From: Mayamaea pseudoterrestris
Lineage: Eukaryota
DNA length: 64,000 nucleotides
Assembly: GCA_027923505.1 (NCBI GenBank)
Contig: BROI01000025.1
Coordinates: 372,001-436,000, forward strand
Direction of reading: 5' to 3'
The first letter of the stretch is position 1. Each line of letters opens with the position of its first letter. Below are positions 22,201-31,012 of this stretch, piece by piece. The position numbers and the translations under genes were made by a program. Under the pieces are notes generated by a model that was not told where the DNA came from, did no database searches, and saw nothing but the letters and a program-made list of their open reading frames with translations.

Positions 22201-22403
22201 CGCGTCGCAAGATTGGTTCCCTCGTACTCGGCTGGATCGGTGGTATCAATGCTTCCGCAAAACGTCTTTTCCAAAAAGGCGGATCCAGGAAAGGTTTTGA
22301 ATCGTTCCCTATTGTGTTCGTAATCCTTGGCCGAGTATGGGGTTGATGCTCTTCGACCTTTCGACGAGGAAACCCCCATGTTGTGATGCGATGAGAATGG
22401 CAT
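19293..22403 (-). CDS. Large protein with a C-terminal WW domain
   Basis: 1036 aa. IGWAKALDPKSGAYYYFTLDRTHTVWENP is a WW domain. An alternative start MGVSSSK at 22379 resembles an N-myristoylation motif. Central globular region is unassigned. Confidence 0.8.
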   Translation of the reverse strand: MPFSSHHNMGVSSSKGRRASTPYSAKDYEHNRERFKTFPGSAFLEKTFCGSIDTTDPAEYEGTNLATRMLHKADVMCISSPTRSHFEGFLDDDDDEEDEEEDDDYYDFDEKDDASIAANDAADWDEDCHAKKQQHRQKTKKQPPVSALFARALVSEVTDNPKTMRPAQMADREYRLLKAQKAARLASESTQHVHRAVGAPGGVGPPSVLRSMAYACTGDEAIANGGNGVSGAGPLLMQCAATPGRSSASNAGGSGSVNGGYKSSGTTLQTSSPRSHVRSLRDGASSHMMMSAQHQGRDGMEQSVPRGPHSVTIGLCLSRQSAVGHSETVTRQTAFDFNELQDRSYKYVSSTDKHGWRAGGGEQGGSSTALSDENKDLNASPPNKPASPTTPSAAKVPTIDQVHIPIIHIDCPNEAAVSKVIQALASGDIFIPHMAVLPEALSVQGASPPSLVVRFDCDRTEDDSVPDDWPNWSLEFMHNQLYEYFINLGAQWMERPFSITLAQQVRWKTVKHMNRYFSKAEKILEEWKQRGPKYLDPELSFLQGGATADEVAYPHGLYLFRNGTPTNYFAPNFDPPYTTRMTRSLLLNVLNKSWDKKARDWTSVPIPKLVTPTMLLAVACGCSDPSSSGFMAREVTNNVSYKTNTSTSTPIKPDTPHEQQRVPAFQKSQAQSLSVSVAPAAPVKISASDYQQAAVAAMKSIREETEDELFEGLEEDEDGDGDGDDVNDERFLMDSRHDRSNAGVVGLSPSKTASSFGSSVKNATRFSVDSAVESGMTTVNTATVPRLSSDLVVMSRPRGSPSSGSDPPGESLQSKTPRHFSESVFLEHGRSQRSDSQERSFAQNATPKNHGVSSSPNASSTFTTRSSRYAMDPVTSPLVRRHTPQMGNNLSNPLSLDYSTDGSSAFLTTTMDESSMLFGQNLATVESGSVFSSVSSLRQPFQHPAQQQLRGPPDTPVSRRPDAEASLESDLSLSQSDSCSSYESVVPSDEDLFEIGWAKALDPKSGAYYYFTLDRTHTVWENPLDPMSTLGDSQAY

Positions 22404-23105
22404 GGCGAATGTTGATTGCTAGCTTTCTACAACGTCTTTCGTGACACCGTCCGTGACTCTTTTGCGTCGGACACGGAGTATATTTCCGTCTACCAGTGGA
22501 GAGTTTGTTCAAGTTTCACACAGCAACGACCATGGTCGGAATATTTTCGTCGGCCTGCAATTTTTCGCGAGGCCGTGGGGTTTTGGCGATCACACGAGCG
22601 ATGTCGCAGGGCGTTGAATCTTCGAGTACCGCCTCGGATTCCAGTCAAAAGTCATAATGACCGATGATTGGGCCTTGTCAATGTCAATGGTTAACCGGCC
22701 ATAAGTAGGTGTGATTGATCATATAGGCCCATTGATAAAACTGGCATTCATGAAGTCAACCAGGATCAAGTTGCGGAGAATCGGCCCAGTTATCGAGTAT
22801 TCAACGTGAAGAATCTGTCCGACATGCCGCAATGCGATGCGGCGTTCGCAAGTGATATTTACTATCGATATAATAGTCGACTAAAGCGTCGTCGAACGCC
22901 AGAAATCCTTCCTCACGAACAGGCACGACACTGACATTTGTCTAATGACCGCATGGAACAGCCTCTTCCGCCTCACTGGGTCGGTGTCGTGTTCCCCTCC
23001 GCGTCTCTTGCTTGTCAGTGGAAACAAGGCCGCCCTTGCCACTTGATCACTTCATCACTTGATCAACTCGCTCTTCTTATTCCCTCACGCACTTTTAGTC
23101 TCAAG

Positions 23106-24766
23106 ATGAACCATTCATTAGCAGCAGACCAATCAACAAACGATTGTTTACCATTAGCCATGCAAATGCCTCAATCTCATTATCCCCAACAGCATCATGT
23201 TCCGCAAATACACTTGACAAAGATGATGAGCGCGACAACAAGTCGCAGACTCACGGACCGGATTCATTCCAGTGTCCGCGAAATGGTTTCCAAGAGTCGC
23301 CTCAGTCGACTGCAGCAAGCGGAACAATTGCTACTGCTCGACAGGAGTCAACTAGTCACACTGGAACTACTCGGCACTGGAGCCTTTTCGCAGGTGCACT
23401 TGGTGACAACGACGCACAGCCATTGCGTCTACGCCATGAAGCACGTGAAACCCGAACTCCTTCGGTCCAATAACGAGAATTGCGACGCATCGTCGAGCGA
23501 CAGTGCTGCCAGTAACAGCAACTTTTGTTTGGCCGCCTGCGAACTCGCCGTGGAAGCTCACTTGCTGGCATCCTTTGATCATCCACACATTATTTCCATT
23601 CGTGGATGGGCTGCCAATGGAGTTGCCTCCTTTTGCAGTGGATGTCGACATGACTCCTTCTTTTTGCTGCTGGATCCACTGGAGGAGTCGCTGGATCAGC
23701 GGCTGTCGCGATGGAAGGAGGAGCGACTGGTGTTGCATGGAAACGGTTCGTCGTCTTCGTCGTCAACGTCATTGACAGTGTCTCCACTACGCCCCCGCCA
23801 GGATGGCTTTTGGAGTCGATGGGCTGCCTCGAGTCTTCATCCGCAGCTACAGCATGTGCACAATGAGCAGCAGGAGTTGTTAGAGCAAGAGTTCATTGAC
23901 GACCCGGAACTTTACTCCGACAAGCTTCGCATTTGCGCCGAGATTGCCTCGGCCCTGGCCTACCTGCATTCGCTGCATGTCATTTATCGGGACTTGAAAC
24001 CAAACAACATTGGCTTTCTCAGCGATGGACGTGTGCAGCTCTTTGACTTTGGTCTCAGTCGGGAGCTTCCGAGCGCCACAAGCAACTTGTCAGACTCGTT
24101 CAACATGTCGGGCAAGGTTGGAACATTACGATACATGGTAAGGAGCATTTTGATTGTTGTTGAGATTGCTTTGAGTCATTTCAGACGACTTACCTGCCAT
24201 ATTTTGCTTGTTTGATCCAGTCTCCAGAAGTGGCAACACACCAGCCCTATGCCGTATCGGCGGACGTTTACAGCTTTGCCATGGTTGCTTACGAAATACT
24301 GACTCTGCAGAAGCCTTTTCAGGGCTGGACGCGTGACATGCACTCCAAGTTGGTGTGTGGAAAACACTTGCGTCCGGATCTTGCGCCTCTGACGCTCACC
24401 ACGACGGCTGCCACACGGCCGCCCTGTAGTCAGCTCGTGAGACCACTCATTGAGGCAAGCTGGAGCGCCGTTCCAATGCAGCGACCGTCCATGCAACTTG
24501 TATACGAGCAGTTGAGCTTGGTGCAGCGTGACTGCCTCATTGTGGCCATGTCCATGGAGCAGCAGCCGCAACAACGAATGGGGCAACCGCTGCAAGGACT
24601 AGTACATGTTTCGCACCAGTCGCCAGCACGTTCCGTCTCTGTTGAATTACCGCCAGACTTTGAAGTCCGCAAGCCACCCGCTCGAACTATTTCGGCCGGT
24701 ACCAAGACGACTGCGAGCATGAGCGCGAGCGCCAGCTTGGCAGCCGAGCACTTTTTCTTTGGTTAA
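23106..24766 (+). CDS. Protein kinase (TKL-like, diatom-expanded type), 2 exons
   Basis: [40 protein letters not shown]. Intron 24138-24220 (GTAAGG..CAG, 83 nt) restores the subdomain VIII SPE motif. The start ATG is uncertain. Confidence 0.92.
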
Positions 24767-25096
24767 CGCGAATCATCTGATTTCATGGCACGTTAACTAA
24801 TTATATTATTATAGATGGATACACATACCAGTAGCGTCAATCTATTCCGTCACATTTGTTTATGAACTAAAAGAACGTGTTACTTGACGTACTTCCTACA
24901 AACGACGAAAACAATGGACGGGTGGAGAATGAGCTCTTTCGAATGTATGAATATACTGTGAGCCACTAAATACTCTGCCTCCTCGCTATGAATCTAGATT
25001 TTATTCCACAGTAGAGTGCATGCTACATTTGCTTGCTATAGTGTGTAAATTTTCTAATAATTTATAGTAGCGCAAGCCCTTCGTAAATTTGGGTCA

Positions 25097-26737
25097 TCAG
25101 CGTCTCTCGTTTCCATCGGCATCCTCCTCATCCACAGTCGGTACTAAATGAAGGTAATCTAGTCCCTTTGCCACTCGTCCAATGCAAACCTCATTCTTGG
25201 AAATCACTGCATCGTCGGCCAAGTAAATGCGCAAGTACAAGACGTGAATGATGGAATCTACCACTGCCGACTGCAACGCGACGCTTCCGGCCTTGTTGCA
25301 CGACTTGGAGTCTTCGACAAACTCTAACAATGGCGAGCTAGTGGCTGTTTGACTCGAAACTCGTACAACGTTCGGTTGAATCGTTTCGAAAAGCATTTGA
25401 TCCCACTGGTGATTGTCAATCTGCTGCAGCAGGACATTCACGGCATGCGGGGTGTCATCGGAAAGATCCAACACAATGGGAATCTCCTTTTGCGCATTCT
25501 CGTGTGCATCTACTTGCGGCGCATCCAGTGTGAGTTGGAGCGTGACAACAATCGGTTTATCGTCGAATCGCTCGTGAATCTTGTCGCGAGCATTCAACTG
25601 AATTCGCACGTGAACATGCTCCAGCTCCTGCTGCAACCGCTGATTCTCAAGCTGCAACGCTTCCAATGCTTCGCTGGATGCGCCGTCACTCGTTGTCGTT
25701 GTTGTGACTTGAGCCGCCGCATGCACCTTTTTGGCCGCTTGATCCATCCACATCATTTGATCCAAAATGTGGGACCGCTCCTCGTCGTACTGATCAAGAC
25801 GCGATCGATGCGCCTTGACCTTGTGGTGCGAGTCATAAATCATGACGGTCAAGCAAACGAGCGCCAGCAATTGGAAAAAGTGAATGGGCGTAAAAAAGGA
25901 GCGAACTTGACAGAGCCAAAGGCTACTCGAAGAAGAAACATGTTTGGATCGCTTCTGCGGTGCTGCTTGCGGCGGTCTGTCTGATACAAAGATATTGCTG
26001 GAATTATGATGGCTGCTGTTGCTGCTTAAATGCTTGTATTGTGAAGTATCTGAAAGGTCCATGGAATGGCGATGTCGTCCGCGTGAAATCTTTTCGTGAG
26101 AATGTAAGTGAGTGTTGGAAGCAGCAGCAGAATACGTTGGTTTCCACAAGAGTCCATCAGGAACTGATCGAAACAAATCTTCATTTCCGGAACGACTGCT
26201 CCGTGCGGATATATCCAGTAGGTCGGCATTGGGTGACAGTGACTGGTTTGACCCTTGTCGCTCCAATCTTCCGCGAAACCCAGTCCCAATGGTACCTGCT
26301 GCTGCACTTCCCTCCAACGTCAAGGGAAGAGGTCTGGTATTGGAAACTTGTCGTCGGCGTCGCGCGTAGCCAGTCTTGCTTTCCGACGTATGAGGAACTG
26401 TTGGTGCAGCATTCAAGTGAATCGTCGGCGGTGACGACAGCGGGCCATGATTGCTTCCTCCGGCAGTAATGACTCCGTTGCTTGCTGCTGCCCCTCCTGC
26501 ATCAGACTGTAAATTGCGAATCGTCGGCTGCGGCGCCTTGTATAGACGCGTATGTTGCATCATGTTTGAGTCATGCGGTGGAATACTGGTTGTACTTGCT
26601 GAAGGTCGTTTGGAAGACGCCATGGCGGGTCGTTCGCCGTAGTAGGCTGCCGCGGCTGTTTTTGTCAAGTCCCCGCTGCGAGACATTTCATGACGAGAAA
26701 AAGATTCATGCATTGCAAATTCGAAGGATCGATACAT
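25097..26737 (-). CDS. Membrane-anchored coiled-coil protein with a divergent cyclophilin-like C-terminal domain
   Basis: 546 aa. Disordered N-terminus, TM FFQLLALVCLTVMIY, coiled coil. IVLDLSDDTPHAV...NKAGSVAL...CIGRVAKGLD recalls the cyclophilin fold without the PPIase residues. Confidence 0.6.
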   Translation of the reverse strand: MYRSFEFAMHESFSRHEMSRSGDLTKTAAAAYYGERPAMASSKRPSASTTSIPPHDSNMMQHTRLYKAPQPTIRNLQSDAGGAAASNGVITAGGSNHGPLSSPPTIHLNAAPTVPHTSESKTGYARRRRQVSNTRPLPLTLEGSAAAGTIGTGFRGRLERQGSNQSLSPNADLLDISARSSRSGNEDLFRSVPDGLLWKPTYSAAASNTHLHSHEKISRGRHRHSMDLSDTSQYKHLSSNSSHHNSSNIFVSDRPPQAAPQKRSKHVSSSSSLWLCQVRSFFTPIHFFQLLALVCLTVMIYDSHHKVKAHRSRLDQYDEERSHILDQMMWMDQAAKKVHAAAQVTTTTTSDGASSEALEALQLENQRLQQELEHVHVRIQLNARDKIHERFDDKPIVVTLQLTLDAPQVDAHENAQKEIPIVLDLSDDTPHAVNVLLQQIDNHQWDQMLFETIQPNVVRVSSQTATSSPLLEFVEDSKSCNKAGSVALQSAVVDSIIHVLYLRIYLADDAVISKNEVCIGRVAKGLDYLHLVPTVDEEDADGNERR

Positions 26738-27240
26738 GTGTATTTAAAAGGCGTGTAGCTTGAGTCAATTTCGGGAGTAACTTACTTTCAATCTCAGTCT
26801 CTCAATCCGTTTCTTGCTGGTGAGGAGCCTCTGAAGAATTCTGATTGACCGGCGCTGTAATCCCAGCTCCAAAGTCAGAAATAAGTTATGCACGCAGTTC
26901 AGCCAGCCACGATCAATCGCAAGGTCCGTCAAGGCTCTGTTACAGGCGTTCAGGGAGAAAGAGGACCATTCATGGAAGCTTCTTGCATGCTGTGTGTGTC
27001 ATCCATCTTGCGGAGGCACTTCGCGCTCAAACGATGTGGAAAACTCAAAACCTTACAAAACTGCGTCCGAGAATGGGGTAGCTAATGTCTCGTCTAATAT
27101 ACAAGTAGCGTAGATTCAGGTCAGTTTACAAGTAGATTAAAGTTCTACAACTGACTAAACATACTTGATGGGACAACGTTGCACGTAAAAGAGACGAAAT
27201 TCGAGCGCATCAACCGACTACAACTCGAGGCGTATTCCAT

Positions 27241-28221
27241 TTAGCGGCGACCCTTGATCTTGCTGCTGCCGCTTCCAGATCCAGAGCCACTGCCTCCCTT
27301 GGCCTTTGATCCTTTCACTCCCTTGCTGCTTCCACTGCCGGATCCAGAAGCACTGCCACCTTTTCCACCCTTGCTGCCCTTGACACCCTTGCTACTGCCA
27401 GATCCAGAACCAGATCCGCCGCTGCCCTTGATTTTGCTGCCCTTGGACTTGCTACCCTTGGTTTTGCTACCCTTGGTTTTGCTGCCCTTGACGCCCTTGC
27501 TACTTCCACTACCAGATCCAGAGGAGCTGCCAGAGCCAGAGTTTTGGACATGGCCCGAGTGATGGGAGGCGCTGCCACTTCCAGAGTTTTGGTTGTGGTT
27601 GGAGTGACGAGGGACGCTGCCGCTTCCAGAGTTTTGGTTGTGGCTGGAGTGATGAGGAACGCTGCCGCTTCCAGAGTTCTGAACGTGGCCCGAGTGGTGA
27701 GAGACGCTGCCCGAGTCAACAATGACAATGGGTCCAGCAGATCCGCCAGAGCCAGATCCATGGGTGCTGCCGCTACCGGATCCACTTCCAGAACCATGGC
27801 CACTTCCACTGGAAGATCCTGATCCCTTGACGCTTTTGGATCCCTTGCTAGACTTGCTCGCCTTTGGTGCCGTCAGCTTGGATGCTTTCGCGCCTCCCTT
27901 GACGGACTTGGACTTGGAGTGCATTTTCTTGGTATATGAGCCAGAACCCGAGCCAGAGCCCGAGTAGAGCTCTCTGCCACGAACTCCATATAGTTGTGCC
28001 TGCGGGTTTTATACATTCGAATCAGATCGAGCGCGCGTTAGCCAATGCATGAGTACAAGGGCACTCTGAGCGAGTAAACATTTCCATTGAACATTGAACC
28101 AAGTCGCCAATTTACTCATCACCCGATACAATGCAACAAGTCACACACATACAAAACGTACCTCCTGGGCGACAACACACGCCACGACGGCAAGTAGAAT
28201 AAGGTTGGATAGCTTGGACAT
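27241..28221 (-). CDS. Secreted silaffin/cingulin-like Ser/Gly/Lys/His-rich protein (272 aa), 2 exons
   Basis: Exon 1 28221-28162 encodes the signal peptide MSKLSNLILLAVVACVVAQE. Intron GTACGT..CAG 28161-28000. Exon 2 27999-27241 begins AQLYGVRGREL (RXL), followed by dense KxxK motifs (KASK, KSSK, KGSK, KGVK) and SGSGS runs. Confidence 0.8.
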
Positions 28222-28646
28222 GATTATTGAAGAGTGAAGTGGTTTGGTGGACGAGGTGAGTCGAATTATGATGATGATCGCGCAAGTTGCTTCCATCCGT
28301 TTTTCAAACGAGCTATGCACATGCGCCGCATGCCTTCTACTTAACAGTATCAACGAGCCCGCAAGGTTTGAACGTCGACCAGCTCATCGGCATTTTATCT
28401 AGTTAGATCAATCGTGTCGGATCAAATGGATGGGTCGGCTTGGATACTTAGATGTTTTTATACATGCTTGAATGGGCTCAGACTGTATTTTGTCCGTTCA
28501 AGATCCGATGAGCCAAAGCGCAAATCAAATCACGGAGCGACGTATCATCGTTCCAATTCGTCCATGGAAGAACCTGTGCATCTTGACATCCAACATCCAC
28601 CATCCATGCATCCGATCCTTTATTGTTGCCACCAATAGTAATCAGA

Positions 28647-29150
28647 ATGTCACGCGATCCTCCAGCTCCCTTTCATCCTACAGCAACCCGTCGCGTCAGG
28701 GGATCCGTCCGCGTAGGCGTTGGTGTCATTGTTTGCCAAGGCCACAAGATTTATGCTGGCCTTCGAAAAGGATCCCATGGAACTGGCAAACTCGCTCTGC
28801 CGGGAGGACACTTGGAACTTTACGAAAGCTGGGAGGATTGTGCGATTCGGGAAGTAATGGAGGAAATGAATGTACACATAAGTGGCGTTCGGTTCGTCCA
28901 CGTGTGCAACAATCCAATGCCTGACGAAGAGAAACACAACGTGACAATATTCATGATGGCGAGAATAAACGATGATGCAATAGCGCCTGTGAATACTGAA
29001 CCTGAAAAGTGCGAAGGATGGAATCTTTACAGTTGGAATGAGCTTAGGGAAATGATGGACGCGGACAAGGTGTTTTCTCCATTGGAGTGTCTCGTTAGGG
29101 AGGCGCCAGCTGCTCTCCTGGAATTTCTGCACAAAGTGAACAGCAGGTGA
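28647..29150 (+). CDS. NUDT15: Nudix hydrolase, NUDT15/AtNUDT1-like
   Basis: Nudix box GGHLELYESWEDCAIREVMEE, plus the VGVGV strand and EPEKCEGW motif typical of this subfamily. Confidence 0.85.
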   Translation: MSRDPPAPFHPTATRRVRGSVRVGVGVIVCQGHKIYAGLRKGSHGTGKLALPGGHLELYESWEDCAIREVMEEMNVHISGVRFVHVCNNPMPDEEKHNVTIFMMARINDDAIAPVNTEPEKCEGWNLYSWNELREMMDADKVFSPLECLVREAPAALLEFLHKVNSR

Positions 29151-29546
29151 TGAGTCGTCTCTGTTTCCTACGAATGCAACGGCTTTCATTTTTATCGACA
29201 GTAGGCTTGCGTATAGAGGCGCGTCGACAATGCCATGGCCTCAAAGGCTGGATTTCCTAGTACGCTTTCTTTGCACAATGAATGCAGGATTTGATCAATA
29301 AGATAATGCGGATTATAGTTTGCACGTGTATGATCGTCTTCAAAGTTAAGATACTGCAGCACTGTTTCATTTAAAGACACTGGCTGCTGCTGCTAGAATT
29401 TATCTCGACATCGCTGCGGTACTCATTCACGAACGACTTCTTGTCGCCTTCGAAACTTCAACTTGGCATGGATCGAGCCTACGTCGCACATCACTTCTTG
29501 GTAGTTTATTTCTTCCTTACAATAGACTTGACTTACAACTACGACA

Positions 29547-30887
29547 ATGAAGGTCGCTTTCAGTTTATCTGCAGTATTGCTTACTCTCGGCTCGTCCACC
29601 GCGTTCTCACCCTCAGTGCGAACGACGAGGACAACTTCATCACTATCGGCATCGGTGGAGCAAGCGACAGCGTCCGCATCAACTTCCAAGGACTCGCACG
29701 ACGCCCCTCTACTCATTCGGGCTGCCCGCGGCGAACAGGTGGAACGAACTCCCGTCTGGATGATGCGACAGGCTGGTCGACACATTGCCGAGTATCGAGA
29801 ATTATGCAAAACCTACCCCACCTTTCGCGAACGCTCCGAAATTCCACACGTTGCCGTCGAAGTGTCGCTGCAGCCTTGGCGCAACTACCAAACAGATGGT
29901 TGCATTTTGTTCAGTGACATTTTGACGCCACTTCCAGGCATGGGATGTGAATTTGTCATTGACGAAAAGAAGGGACCCGTCATGGCGTCGACGATTGACT
30001 CCTGGGACAAGCTTGACACGATTCACGCATTGGATCCGACCAAGTCAACGCCATTCGTCGCTGAAACACTTCAACTTTTGCGGCAAGAGGTTGGACCAGA
30101 AACGGCCGTTCTTGGATTCGTTGGTTGTCCGTATACACTGGCCACGTATTTGGTGGAAGGCAAGTCGTCCAAGGAATACTTGGAAATCAAAAAGATGGCC
30201 TTGAATGAGCCAGAACTGCTGCATGCCATTCTTCAAAAGCTTGCTGACAATATTGGAGACTATGCGCTCTATCAGATTGAAAGTGGCGCTCAACTGATTC
30301 AAATGTAAGTGACGAGAAAACAGTTGCGTCCGGCGTACTGTTTTGCACCTGCAGGCAAGAACGGGTATCAGAAAAAAACACTTGCAAACGAGAGAATAAT
30401 CTGACTTGCTTATCTTGGTCGTTTCAGTTTCGACTCATGGGCCGGTCACTTGAGTCCACGCGACTACGACGCCTTTGCCGCACCTTACCAAAAGCAAGTC
30501 CTTGACAAGATCAAGGCTGCTCACCCTGAAATTCCAACGGTTGTTTACATTAAGCATTCCGGAGCCTTGATTGAGCGCATGGCGGCAACGGGAGTTGATG
30601 TCGTGTCGCTTGACTGGACGGTGGACATGGCGGATGGACGCAACCGCGTCGAAGCAGGTCGCAAGGCTGCCTGCTTGAGTGGACGTGGCGGTGTGCAAGG
30701 CAACTTGGACCCAGCTGTGCTTTTGGGCAACCATGATATGATTAAGGAACGGACGGAAGAGATCCTTAAGAAGGCCGGTAACACTGGTCACGTAATGAAC
30801 CTTGGTCATGGTATCGAGGCGTGCACACCAGAGGAGAATGCAAAATGCTTCATTGAGACTGTGCGAAACTATAGACACGACGCATGA
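29547..30887 (+). CDS. hemE: Uroporphyrinogen decarboxylase, plastid-targeted, 2 exons
   Basis: PVWMMRQAGR, FSDIL, QI|FDSW, QGNLDP, NLGHG. Intron 30305-30427. Bipartite presequence: signal peptide ending STA-F, then a Ser/Thr/Arg-rich transit peptide. Confidence 0.96.
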
Positions 30888-31012
30888 AGTATCTGAAAAC
30901 ACAACCATTCGTTTGTATCATGTATGGTGAAAGTGTTACTAAGGTACGGATAACGGATAGTCTTTTACTATAATGCCTTAGGCTACGAAACATACATGCA
31001 ACTGCCAAACAT

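Noticed and set aside
28650..29189. 179-aa antisense ORF over the Nudix gene, and many similar antisense ORFs in the track
   Set aside because: Fully overlap well-supported genes and carry no recognisable motifs.
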